DNA from: Leucoraja erinacea
Lineage: Eukaryota
NCBI RefSeq assembly: GCF_028641065.1
Contig: NW_026575268.1
Span: 1 to 57,745, forward strand
DNA: 57,745 bases
Reading direction: 5' to 3'
A program made the position numbers and the translations under genes. Positions within the stretch are counted from its first letter, which is position 1; the number at the start of each line of letters is the position of its first letter. The notes beneath the pieces are model-generated. The model was not told the origin of the DNA. It was given only the letters and a program-made list of their open reading frames with translations, and made no database searches. This document shows, in pieces, positions 23,323 through 34,400 of the stretch.

Positions 23323-23529
23323 CATAGAAACATAGAAATTAGGTGCAGGAGTAGGCCATTCGGCCCTTTGAGCCTGCACCGCCATTCAATATGATCATGG
23401 CTGATCATCCAACTTAGTATCCCGTACCTGCCTTCTCTCCATACCCCCTGATCCCTTTAGCCACAAGGGCCACATCTAACTCCTCTTAAATATAGCCAAT
23501 GAACTGGCCTCAACTACCCTCTGTGGCAG
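23323..23529 (-). mobile_element. Short CR1 3' end with TSD
   Basis: (CATAGAAA)n tail; flanked by AGCCTTTGTTATT and AGCCTTTGATATT. Confidence 0.88.
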
Positions 23530-25199
23530 AGCCTTTGATATTCTTGGAAACTTTCTCCATTCTTTCTGCATTTTGCTCTAATTCCCATTAAGATCACCCC
23601 CATATTTCAATGTTCCATTCATAAATCCTCAATACTTTCATCTTAGATAACTACGTGATGTTCCCCCTCATCAAAAACTCAACTACCTCTCCTCTCTTTC
23701 TCCTGCTCCATCTCGCCTATCGCACTGGTACCCTGGAACATTAAGCTACCAGCCCAACCCTCTATTAACTATATTTCTGCAGTGGCTGTAATATCCCAAT
23801 CCCATGTACTTATTCACGTCCTGTGTTCGACGATCTTATTTGTCCGGCCACATTTACTGAAATAAATGTGATTTAATCTTCCCTGGTATCGTGAGCAAAT
23901 CTGCCCGCCAGAATATTGGTCACCCTCCAGTTCAGGTGTAACCCGTCCCTCTTGTGCAGGTCACTGCTGCTGCAGAAAAGATCCCTATAATCCAATAATC
24001 TGACTCCCTGCTCCAACTTTTCAGTTATGCATTCATCAGTCCCATCTTCCTCTTCCTATCCTCACAGAATTTCCTTCTTTTCCCCTGACTATCAAGTATC
24101 CTATCACTGTCGCCTGACTGGTCTCATTCATCCCCACTGTGCCACAGAGCCAGTCCTAGTAGCACAGACCTGGATGTTGCTTTTTGTTGCAACATCACTG
24201 CTTTTCCCCACCCGACAGTTAAAATTACCCACGACTACAAACACATTGATTTCACATCCTTCCTCATTCAGCCTACATGTCTGGTCTCCTCATGCATGCT
24301 GACTATTGAGAGGCAGACAGTATAATCCCATCATAGTGATTGTCCATTTCTTATTCCCAAGTTTTAACCATAAAGTTCCATGAGTCGATCCCTCCAGGAT
24401 ATCCCAGCTCACACATCTTACCCGTGAGGCTCCTTTCATTCAAGTAAATGCAGTTAACCCCACCGGCCCTTCGCGAGATTCCCCTCCTGTCTCTGTCTAC
24501 TCATCCCACTGGATTTTACTGTCCCATTTTCTACATAGCCCACCTGATCAGAGTCACTGTGGATCCCAGCCCCCTGCATCACTAGATTAACTACTGAGTA
24601 GCCCTGGTGCACCTATCAGCGAACTTCACTCTGTTCCACCCACTGCCCTCCCCAGCCCTCTCTGCTGCTGAGACACATTTCTTTCTTCCTCTGTTCCAAT
24701 CAAGCATGTCAGAGTTAAAATGTCAGCCATTTCTCTTTCCACAGATGCTGTCTGACCTGCTGAGTTTTCCACCATGTCCTACATTTCTTCACATTGACAT
24801 CAGAGTTGCCGCTTCTCATCAACAGCACGGCCATGACACAAGTTCCCAGTGAGTCCCACTGCCAGCAGCCGTCGGGCACTAAAGCATTTGTCAACAACTG
24901 TACTCAATCCTGTCACTGACACAGTCTTGGGATAAACTTGCACGTCACACAGATGCCATGTTTTCACTCCTCAGATCAACCTGATTTGTCACACTATGCG
25001 CCAATGTGCAAATCAACCATCTTGGATGCACAAACATCATAAAATATTCAGATCTCGATAAAGCAGTGCGTAGAAGAGCTGAATTACTTTAGCTTCGGCA
25101 GTAAATCCGCACCGCATATGATTTATATAGAGGGGGGAGAATTAAAGTGGATTTAATATAAAGTTGAAAGAAACTGATTATTCAGAATAATAAGGAAAT

Positions 25200-25312
25200 G
25201 GGCGTAGAGGTAGATCGCTTGCAGCACCGGAGACCTGGGTTCGATCACGACTACGGGAGCTGTCTGTCGGAGTTTGTACCTTCTCCCCGTGGCCGTGTGG
25301 GATTTTTTCCGA
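25200..25312 (+). mobile_element. V-SINE (HE1-like) head fragment
   Basis: GAGACCTGGGTTCGATC B box and GGAGTTTGTACCTTCTCCCCGTG. Confidence 0.75.
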
Positions 25313-25730
25313 AAACTTTCCGAGAGAACTGAAAACGTTCAGCAGGTCAGGCAGCATTTTCTGGAGTTGTGAAGCGCAGAAACCGGTTCTTCGGCCCAAC
25401 GTCCATACTGAGCAAGGGCCTTTGTGAGGGTGTCACATTTGCCAACCTTTGGCCCTTAATTCTACTTGCCTCTATCGTCTCATCTGTCAGCTTGTCTCAT
25501 ACACCCACATCCCTTTCTGTTGAAAAATCTTGCCCCTCACGTGTCCCTTAACTCTGTCCCCTCTCACCTTAAACCTTTGCCTAATACTTTTAGATTCTGA
25601 AACCCTCGGACAAAGACTGTGTATCCACATTCCCTCCGACCCTCATGATTTGCTGTAACTTTGAGGTCAGCCCTTCAGTCTGCATAGTTTCTGGGGCAGC
25701 AGTCCTTGTGAAAGATTAAACAGTGTTAAT

Positions 25731-26820
25731 CAAAGATCTTATAGCGAAGCAAGATAGGCTACTCCTGCTAAATGCAATGGTTCTGTGACGTGTAGTACGC
25801 GTTGGAAATCAGGGGCCATTTTCCCACGAACTGTCTTAATCAGACCTCTGTCATGTCCTCACAATTCAGACCCGACTGCTTCTGTTTTCAAAAATGCAAT
25901 TGCAGAGCAGTTTGTGTGGGTCAGATTCAAATAGGAACTGTCAGTTCAAACTTCTTGTCAATCCCCACAATTTGATTCTACATAATTGCCATTTGACTGT
26001 AATGACGGAGAGGGGAAATCATTTCTGTTTTCACTGCAGGCTCACAAGCAGTGTTTGAGTTGATAATGCCAGGCTAGCAATGGAAGAGCTCGCAGGGTGA
26101 TTGACAGGGGGGGACTTTTTGTGCGTGAAAGCCTTGGATTCATAATTCTGTCGGTTCATAATTCTGTTTTCGGATTAAAGAATGGAAGATTTTAAACGTA
26201 GATAGGTGAAAATTATATAAATGAATAAAAGTCACACAAGCTGCCTCTTCTAATCCAATAATGAACTTTATTTCAGACTAGACAAGGGACATTGCATAAA
26301 TGTTAGTAATAAGGAGGGATTGTAAATAACTCTCTCTGGTGGTGGTGGAGTAGGGGTGAAGGGGGAAACTTTAATTCTTAGTCCCCTACCTGGTCGGCGA
26401 CTCCCAAACTCGCGGAGCTGGGGGCTCCGTCCGTCCCCCGCGGGCTCGCGCCGGTCTGGAGCTCGGACCCCGCCCGGCAACTCTACTCTCTGGCTGCGCG
26501 CTCCAAATCCAGCGACGCTCCGCGAATGTTGGAGTCGTCGGCCACCCGCAGGTAAGGCTCCGGAGCTTGCCGCACGGCGACCCGGTAAGGCATTGCACTC
26601 TCTCTCCCCGCTGCCCCCCAGCGCTGCGACGCCGCTGACCGCCGGACATTCGCGGAGCTGGAGCGTCCGGCTCCCCGCTGCGGGCCCGCGCTGGGATTTG
26701 GAGCGCCTCGCGGAGCAAGGGGTAGAGTTGCCGGGGTCGGAGCTACAACCGGAATCCGCCCATGAGCGTACCTCACGTTTGCGTGAGAGTAACCCATCTT
26801 GCTTCGCTATAAGATCTTTG
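25731..26820. mobile_element. Non-autonomous P-element-like TIR transposon (MITE copy 1)
   Basis: 34-bp TIRs CAAAGATCTTATAGCGAAGCAAGAT(A/G)GG(C/T)TACTC; 8-bp TSD GTGTTAAT at 25723-25730 and 26821-26828; superfamily assignment is inference. Confidence 0.92.
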
Positions 26821-27139
26821 GTGTTAATGATTCAGGCCAGAGATCCTTCATCAGATAACATTCTGTTTGGTTTCCAGATTGGTTATGTACCTGGCGAATG
26901 AGCCGTTGAAAATCAGGCACCAGGAACCCAAGAACTGTCTGAATCTCAGATCTCTGTCATGTCTCACAATTCAGACAACATGCTTCCGTTTTCCAAAAAT
27001 GGACAATTGCAGAGCGATAGAGTGCTACAGCCCAGAAATAGGAACTTCAGCCCTCTCTGTCCATCCCCACATCTTTGCCCATCTACATAAATCCCATCTG
27101 ACTGTGCCCTGGACGGAGAGGGGAATTCACATCGACTGT

Positions 27140-29605
27140 TATCACTGCAGTCTACGTTCCCCCGGACGCTAATGCCAGGCTAGCAATGGAAGAGCTGCAA
27201 GCTGCTATCAGCAAACATCTATCTGCTCACCCAGAGGGGGCATTTATTGTTGTGGGTGATTTCAACCACTCCGACCTTAAAACTGTACTCCCCAGGTTCC
27301 ATCAGCATGTTTCCTGCCCAACCAGAGGAAACAATGTTCTGGACTTAGTTTACACTAATATTACTGAAGCCTACAAAGCCCTCCCCCTCCCCCACCTTGG
27401 ACAGTCTGACCACCTCTCCCTGTTCCTGCTCCCCAAATACACACCTCTGATCAGACGTGTGAAACCTACCATGAGGACAGTGAAGGTTTGGCCTGAGGGG
27501 GCTGTCTCTGACTTACAGGAGCAGTTTCAGCAGACAGACTGGAGTCTCTTTGCTACTCAGTCCACCTTCAATTCACAAGTGGACATCAACTCGTACACCT
27601 CAACAGTTCTGGACTATATAAAATTCTGTACCGATAATGTCACTACCCACAAGGAGATAAAGACCTTCCCTAACCAGAAGCCGTGGATGAGCAGGGAGGT
27701 CAGACTCCTACTGAAGGCTCGCGATGCCGCTTTCAGATCTGGCGACGCTGAGGGATACAGCTCATCCAGGGCCAATCTGAAAATGGGAATTAGGATTGCT
27801 AAACTCAATCATAAACGGCGGATTGAGGAGCATTTCCACAACAACTCTGACCCCAGGCGCATGTGGCAAGGAATCAAATCCCTTGCCGATTACCAGAAAG
27901 TTAACACCCCTCCCCCAGACAACGCCACCCTGCCTGACGAGCTAAACCACTTCTATGCTCGCTTTGACCGGGACAACAAAACCCCAGCCATTAAAGTTGC
28001 TCCACCCCCGAATGAACAACCTCTCAGCCTCTCCACCTCTGCTGTACAAGATGCACTGAGCAAGGTGAATGAGCGCAAAGCTGCCGGCCCCGATGGCATC
28101 CCTGGCCGGGTGCTCAGGGCATGTGCTGGACAACTATCCCCAGTCCTCGCCGACATTTTCAATCTCTCACTGGCCCAGGGTGTTGTCCCCACTTGCCTCA
28201 AGACATCAACCATCGTGCCAGTGCCCAAACAGTCAGCTACAGGGAGTCTCAACGATTTCCGCCCAGTGGCACTCACCCCTGTCATTGCAAAGTGCTTTGA
28301 GCGGCTGATCTTGGCTCACCTCAAAGCCTGCCTCCCCCCCCCACTGGACCCCCACCAGTTTGCCTACCGGACCAACAGGTCTACAGAGGACGCCATATCG
28401 GCGGCCCTACACTCTGCCCTGACCCACCTGGACTACAACAACTCCTACATCAGGCTGCTGTTCATTGACTTCAGCTCTGCCTTTAACACCGTCATCCCCG
28501 CCAGCTTGATCACCAAACTCAGTGGACTTGGCATCTCCACCTCCCTCTGCAACTGGACACTGGACTTCCTCACTAACAGACCACAGTCTGTTAGGGTCAA
28601 TAACCTCACCTCCTCCACTATAACACTGAACACCGGAGTGCCACAGGGCTGTGTGCTCAGCCCTCTCCTCTCCTCCCTCTTCACCCACGACTGCATCCCA
28701 AAGTACGGATCCAACGCCATTATTAAGTTTGCTGACGATACCACGGTAGTAGGACTGATCAGCGACAACGATGAGTCAGCCTACAGGGAGGAGATCCAGC
28801 ACCTGACAGCCTGGTGTGCCAACAATAACCTCGTCCTCAACTCCAAGAAGACGAAGGAGATTATTGTTGACTTCAGGCAGACCAGAGGAGGCAGTCATAC
28901 CCCCATCCATATAAACGGGACTGAGGTGGAGCGCGTCTCCAGCTATAAATTCCTCGGAGTACATATCTCGGAGGATTTGTCCTGGTCCCTCAACACCTCC
29001 AAGCTGATCAAAAAGGCACAGCAGCGCCTTTACTTCCTGAGGAGGCTCAAGAAAGCCCACCTGTCCCCCCGGATCCTGACCAACTTTTACCGCTGTACCA
29101 TAGAGAGTATCCTGACCACCTGCTTCACGGTATGGTACAGCAGCTGCACTGCTGCGGACAGGAAGGCACTACAACGGGTGGTGAAAACCGCGCAGCACAT
29201 CATCGGTGCCCCGCTCCCTGCCATGGATGCCCTCCACCGAAAACGGTGTCTGAGACGGGCTGGGAAGATCATCAAAGACCCCTCACACCCCAACCATGGA
29301 CTGTTTGCCCTCCTCCCATCAGGGAGGCGGTACAGGAGCCTCAGATCACGTACTAGTAGGATGAGGAACAGCTTCTACAACAATACAATCACATTGCTGA
29401 ACTCGGAGTCCCGCCGATAGATTTCTCTGGTCCCTCCGTCCCCATTGTTTAATTATTCTGTATTTCTTGATTATTCTGTATCTTCTCTCTTTCTATTTTT
29501 TATTTTTTTTCCTTTATGTACAACTACTACGGACTGACGCAAAACTGCATTTTGTTGTACTCATACTTGTATTTGTGCGATGACATTAAAGTAGAATTGA
29601 ATTTA
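27140..29605 (+). mobile_element. Rex1/Babar LINE, 5'-truncated
   Basis: Begins in EN (TAVYVPPDANA); 3' tail GCATTTTGTT..TGACATTAAAG-(GAATT)n. Confidence 0.93.
27186..29420 (+). CDS. Rex1/Babar polyprotein, partial EN plus complete RT, uninterrupted 744 aa
   Basis: GDFNH, GQSDH, KAAGPDG, FIDFSSAFNT, GVPQGCVLSP, KFADD, LPSGRRYR. Confidence 0.9.
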   Translation: MEELQAAISKHLSAHPEGAFIVVGDFNHSDLKTVLPRFHQHVSCPTRGNNVLDLVYTNITEAYKALPLPHLGQSDHLSLFLLPKYTPLIRRVKPTMRTVKVWPEGAVSDLQEQFQQTDWSLFATQSTFNSQVDINSYTSTVLDYIKFCTDNVTTHKEIKTFPNQKPWMSREVRLLLKARDAAFRSGDAEGYSSSRANLKMGIRIAKLNHKRRIEEHFHNNSDPRRMWQGIKSLADYQKVNTPPPDNATLPDELNHFYARFDRDNKTPAIKVAPPPNEQPLSLSTSAVQDALSKVNERKAAGPDGIPGRVLRACAGQLSPVLADIFNLSLAQGVVPTCLKTSTIVPVPKQSATGSLNDFRPVALTPVIAKCFERLILAHLKACLPPPLDPHQFAYRTNRSTEDAISAALHSALTHLDYNNSYIRLLFIDFSSAFNTVIPASLITKLSGLGISTSLCNWTLDFLTNRPQSVRVNNLTSSTITLNTGVPQGCVLSPLLSSLFTHDCIPKYGSNAIIKFADDTTVVGLISDNDESAYREEIQHLTAWCANNNLVLNSKKTKEIIVDFRQTRGGSHTPIHINGTEVERVSSYKFLGVHISEDLSWSLNTSKLIKKAQQRLYFLRRLKKAHLSPRILTNFYRCTIESILTTCFTVWYSSCTAADRKALQRVVKTAQHIIGAPLPAMDALHRKRCLRRAGKIIKDPSHPNHGLFALLPSGRRYRSLRSRTSRMRNSFYNNTITLLNSESRR

Positions 29606-29653
29606 TAAAAAAAATTAAAAAAATAGGTCTTGCCTATTTAACTATCTGTCTAA

Positions 29654-29748
29654 GGTAGACAAAAAGCTGGAGAAACTCAGCGGGTGTGTCAGAATCTATG
29701 GAGCGAAGGAATGGGTGATGTTTTGGGTCGAGACCCTTCTTCAGACTG
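29654..29748 (-). mobile_element. Penelope-derived repeat fragment
   Basis: GCTGGAGAAACTCAGCGGG...GGGTCGAGACCCTTCTTCAGACTG. Confidence 0.75.
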
Positions 29749-30205
29749 CCTGTCTAAATGCCTCTTCAACGTGCAGACCGTGCCTGATTCCACAACCTCT
29801 CTGGTGCCATGATTCAAATGTCAACCTTTCCCTGTCTAGAAAACCTCTGCTCTCTTGTTTTTGACACACCTGGCATGGGAAATAGATTTTGATGTTCTAC
29901 CCTGTCATTGCCTCTCATTGGTTTATATACTTTTATCTGGTTAGTAATCAATCTCCTTCACTGCAGGGAAAACAAGACCAGCGGCTCCAATAATTCCTCA
30001 TAGATAAGGTTCTCCAGTCCATGCCAGATTGTGGGGAATGTCCTCTCTCCAGTACAACCACATCCTTTCTCGTGCCACAGATGGAGAAGAGAGGCAGAAT
30101 GGCACAAATACTCCAAATGTGGATTAACTAGTGTTTTGTAAAGTTGCTGCATAACATCCTATCCATTATATTCTATGCCATGACATAGGAAGGCAGGGAT
30201 GCCAT

Positions 30206-31120
30206 ATCAAGAGTCAAGAGAGTCAAGAGTCAATTTAATTGTCATTTGGACCCCTGGAGGTCCAAACGAAATGCCGTTTCTGCAGCCATACATTACACAC
30301 AAATAGACCCCAGACACAACATAATTACATTTAACATAAACATCCATCACATAACTGTGATGGAAGGCCAAAAAAACTTATCTCTCCACTGCACTCTCCC
30401 CCCCCGATGTCAGAGTCAAAGTCAAAGCCCCCGGCTGGCGATGGCGATTGTCCCGCGGCCATTGAAGCCACGCCGGGTGGTGCGAGGTCGCACACCGGGT
30501 CTTGGTGTTGGAGCCCCCGGTGTGTGCTCACAGAGTCCCGCGGCCGTTCCAGCCGCGCGGGGCAATGGTGTTAGGCCCCGCTCCAGGAGCTCTTCGACCC
30601 CGCAACTGGGGCGGGAGAATTCACCGTTGCAGGAGCCCCGAAAAGCAGTCTCCCTCCAGGGAGCCGCGCGGGGTCGTCCGAGCCGTCCGCAAACCCGCAG
30701 TAGCAGCCTCCGACTCAGCAGCAGCAGCGGCGGCGGCAGCAGCAGCGGCAGCAGCAGCGGCAGCGGCAGCGCTCCTCCATCGCTCCACCCGCTCCGGTCT
30801 CGGCCAGCTCCGCGACGGCAACGGTGTGTCGGCACCAGAGTCCCCGGCTTCTTCCCGTTGGAGGCCGCTCCTCGTTGCGGCCTCAACGACACCTGAGACC
30901 CGACGAGAAAAGGTCGGGTCTCCAGTGCAGGGAGAGATTCAAAAGTTTCCCCCCCCCCCTCCCATGGCACCCCCATACCCCCCAACACACACCCCAAACA
31001 TAAAATAACAAAAAACTACACAGAAACACAGACAAAAAATAACAAAAACGCGGACAGGCTGCAGAGGCCGCTGCTGGCCAGAGCCGCGCCGCCTACCGGA
31101 GAGGTAGGCGGCACGGCTCT
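30206..31120 (-). mobile_element. GC-rich structured non-autonomous retroelement with Rex-type 3' tail (copy 1), inserted in an old CR1
   Basis: Minus-strand end GCATTTCGTT..TGACAATTAAATTG-(ACTCTTG)n matches the Rex tail at 48616-48670; many hairpins; relatives at 37443 and 38547. Confidence 0.8.
30716..30770. repeat. (CAG/CGG)n trinucleotide repeat
   Basis: CAGCAGCAGCAGCGGCGGCGGCAGCAG...; much shorter in copy 2 at 37942-37959. Confidence 0.9.
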
Positions 31121-31470
31121 TCATCAGCCTATCTAATACATTGGAATTTTCAAGGAACTTTGGATTTTAACCCCTCGGTCTGTCTATGCATCAACATAAC
31201 TTAGCATCCTGCCAATGACCCATCTTTATTTTACATCCTAAAATGCATTTGTCAGGACTTCATTCCATCTGCCAATGCTCTACCCATGTTCCAACGGAAA
31301 TATATCAATGTCTGGGCTCAAACCTCTTGCAATTCCTCTCAATTACTTCACTGAAGAATGAAGGTTGGATTACTGAATTTACGGATGGTACAAAGTAGGA
31401 AGTACGTAGTGAAGGGGACGTGGGGATGATAAAATATGCCAGATCTCTGCCCATTTACCTGACACATATA

Positions 31471-34400
31471 TAATAATAATAATAACAATAATAATAACTT
31501 TATTTATAGAACACTTTAAAAACAACCTCTGTTGCAACAAAGTGCTGTACATGACTAATCATGGACAAAAAATTATTACACGACAATAAAAACATTAAAA
31601 GAGAGAGTAAAAAATAAAATTAAAAACATTAAAAGCACTAAAACAGGAGCAAAGTCTCAAGCAGGGTCAAAAGCCAAGGAATATAAATTTTAATACTGGT
31701 TTTGAAGATGGACAGTGAGGGAGCCTGTCTGATGTGCAACGGCAGAGTGTTCCATAGCGCCGGAGCAGCAACAGAGAAGGCTCTATCCCCTCTGAGCTTC
31801 CGCTTAGACCTCGGTACCTCCAGGAGCAGCTGATCAGCTGACCTGAGGCACCGGGCAGGAGCGTATGGATGAAGCAGCTCAGAGAGGTAAGGCGGGGCAA
31901 GCCCATTTAAAGATTTAAAAACAAATAAAATAATTTTAAAATGAACTAGAAAGTACACCGGGAGCTGGAGGTACACCATTGGAGGGAGGCCAGAATTGGC
32001 GTTATGTGCTCCCTCTTTCGAGTTCCAGTTAAAAGGCAAGCAGGAGCATTTTGAACCAACTGGAGACGAGCCAGGGAAGATCGAGCAACTCCAAAATAGA
32101 GTGCGTTACAGTAATCCAGCCTAGATGTGATAAAGGCATGGATTACTGTTTCAAAATGCTGCCGCTCAAGAATGGGCTTCACCTTTGCCAGCTGCCTTAG
32201 GTGAAAGAAGCTGGACTTTACCACCGCGCCTATTTGATGATCTAATTTAAAATCACTGTCCACCCTAAAACCCAGGTCCAAAACTGTTGGCTTCACATAC
32301 CGTGCCAGGGGACCGAAGTCAACAGGGGGAGGTTCACGGCAGCCATTGGGACTAAACAATATCACCTCTGTCTTCTTTTCATTAAATCCTAGAAAGTTTA
32401 GGGCCATCCAGGACTTAATGTCCTCAAGACAAGACAGAAGTGATTTGACAGAAAAGGCATCTTCCTACCTCAGCGGCATATATAGTTGGCCATCATCAGC
32501 ATAACAATGAAAAGAGATGCCATGCTTTCTAAGAATGGAACCCAGAGGAAGTAAGTACAGTGAGAAAAGCAGGGGCCCTAAAATTGAGCCCTGTGGAACC
32601 CCATATGACAGAGGAGCGGAGGAGGATTCAAAACCAGCAAGGCTTACACACATAGTTCTGTCTGCCAGATAAGACCTGAACCATCCCAGGGCACTGCCAC
32701 AAATGCCCACTAGATGCTGTAACCGAGATATTAAGATACCATGGTCCACTGTATCAAAGGCGGCAGATAGGTCCAGCAGGACAAGAACCACATAATCACC
32801 AGAATCATTAGCTAGGAGGATGTCATTAAAAACCCTTAGCAATGCTGACTCTGTGCTATGCATAGTTTTAAACCCAGACTGGAAAACCTCCCGAATATTA
32901 TGCTCGTCCAAGAAAAGTTTTAGCTGAGCATAAACAACTTTCTCCAGAATTTTAGAAATAAAAGGCAACTTGGAGATCGGTCTAAAATTGGCCAGAACAG
33001 TTTGATCCAGGCCAGGTTTCTTAAATAGTGGTTGCACTACTGCATGTTTAAAACTTACGGGGACAACCCCAGAACACAAGCTGCTGTTGATAATGGCAAG
33101 AACCGACTGCCCTATACTGGGGAAAACCTCTTTAAAAAGATGAGGAGGGACAGCATCACAAGGGGAACCCGATGGCTTAATATGGCTAACCACATCCTCT
33201 AAACACGACAATGTCACAGGCACTAATTTATCCAATACCACCAGGCATGGGACAGAAACAGAGGGGTCAGAGGCAGGAGCTGAAATGAGAGCCCTTATGG
33301 AAACAACCTTACTAATAAAAAAGTGCAGGAAGTCATTGCACATTTCAGACGATGCTTCCAGACAGACAGGCTGTGGGGCATTAAGGACAGAGTCGATGAT
33401 TTTAAATAGCACAGGTGGGTCGTGACGCTTAGACACAATAATGTTTGACAGGTATTCTCTTTTGGCCTCTTTAACAGTGTTCTGGTAATGACGCCAACAG
33501 TCCTTTAGGATTTGAAATGAAACCTGCAGCTTGTCCTTCTTCCACTTGCGTTCAGCTTTGCGACACTCCCGTCGAGCTGTACGAGTTACGTCACTGAACC
33601 AGGGCTCGGGTTTAGCTCTAGGCTGCAAAGTTTTTAATGGAGCCACAGAGTCCAGTATAGTTCTGCAGGAGGAGTGAAACCAAGAACTGATCTCCTCCGT
33701 ATCAAGAGAAGTGGAAGCGGAGGGGGCACAGAGCAGCTCGAAAGCAGCAGAGAACTGGCCAGCAGCTAAAGGGTTAAAAGTCCGACAGCACCGAGCAGGA
33801 GCGCCAGGTTTAACAGCAGCACAGGTGAAACTAACATCAAATAATACAGGCATATGATCAGAAACCACACTATCACAGATCTCCAAATGTAACAGACAAG
33901 CCATGAGAGAGAACAAGGTCTAGTGTATGTCCATGTTCGTGTGTGGGGCCAGACACACACTGCACAAAATTAAAAGAGTCAATAAGGCTTAAAAAGTCCT
34001 TCACCAACGGCTTATCAGGACAGCACACATGGATGTTAAAGTCCCCAACCATAAGGACACGATCATAGTTGGGCATAATCCCAGCCAGAAAACCAGAGAA
34101 GTCATTCACAAAGTCCTTATGATATTTGGGGGGTCGGTAGATGACAGCGCAAAGCACTGGGTCGGAACAACCCACCTCAAATAAAGTAGCTTCGAAGCTG
34201 GAGAACGAGGATGACATAGCGCACTGCTTACATTTAAAGTTATTTTTATAAATAGCCGCTGTTCCTCCTCCACGGCCCGACATCCGCGGCGAGTTGAAAT
34301 AAGAACAGCCAGCCGGTAAAAGTTCAATAAGAGCGCTGCACTCACCAGGACCGATCCAAGTCTCTGTCACAGAGGAAATCCAGGCCACGGGAGCAGAAGA

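Noticed and set aside
30857-30925. HDV-like ribozyme suggested by CGC-TCCTCGTT-GCG (resembles the HDV P3/L3)
   Set aside because: The flanks extend the same hairpin directly; no P2 strand, no GG for P1.1 and no J4/2 could be assigned
30246-31008. Several ORFs with poly-Ala, poly-Ser or poly-Leu runs
   Set aside because: GC-rich repeat with a trinucleotide tract; frames are not conserved in copies 2 and 3
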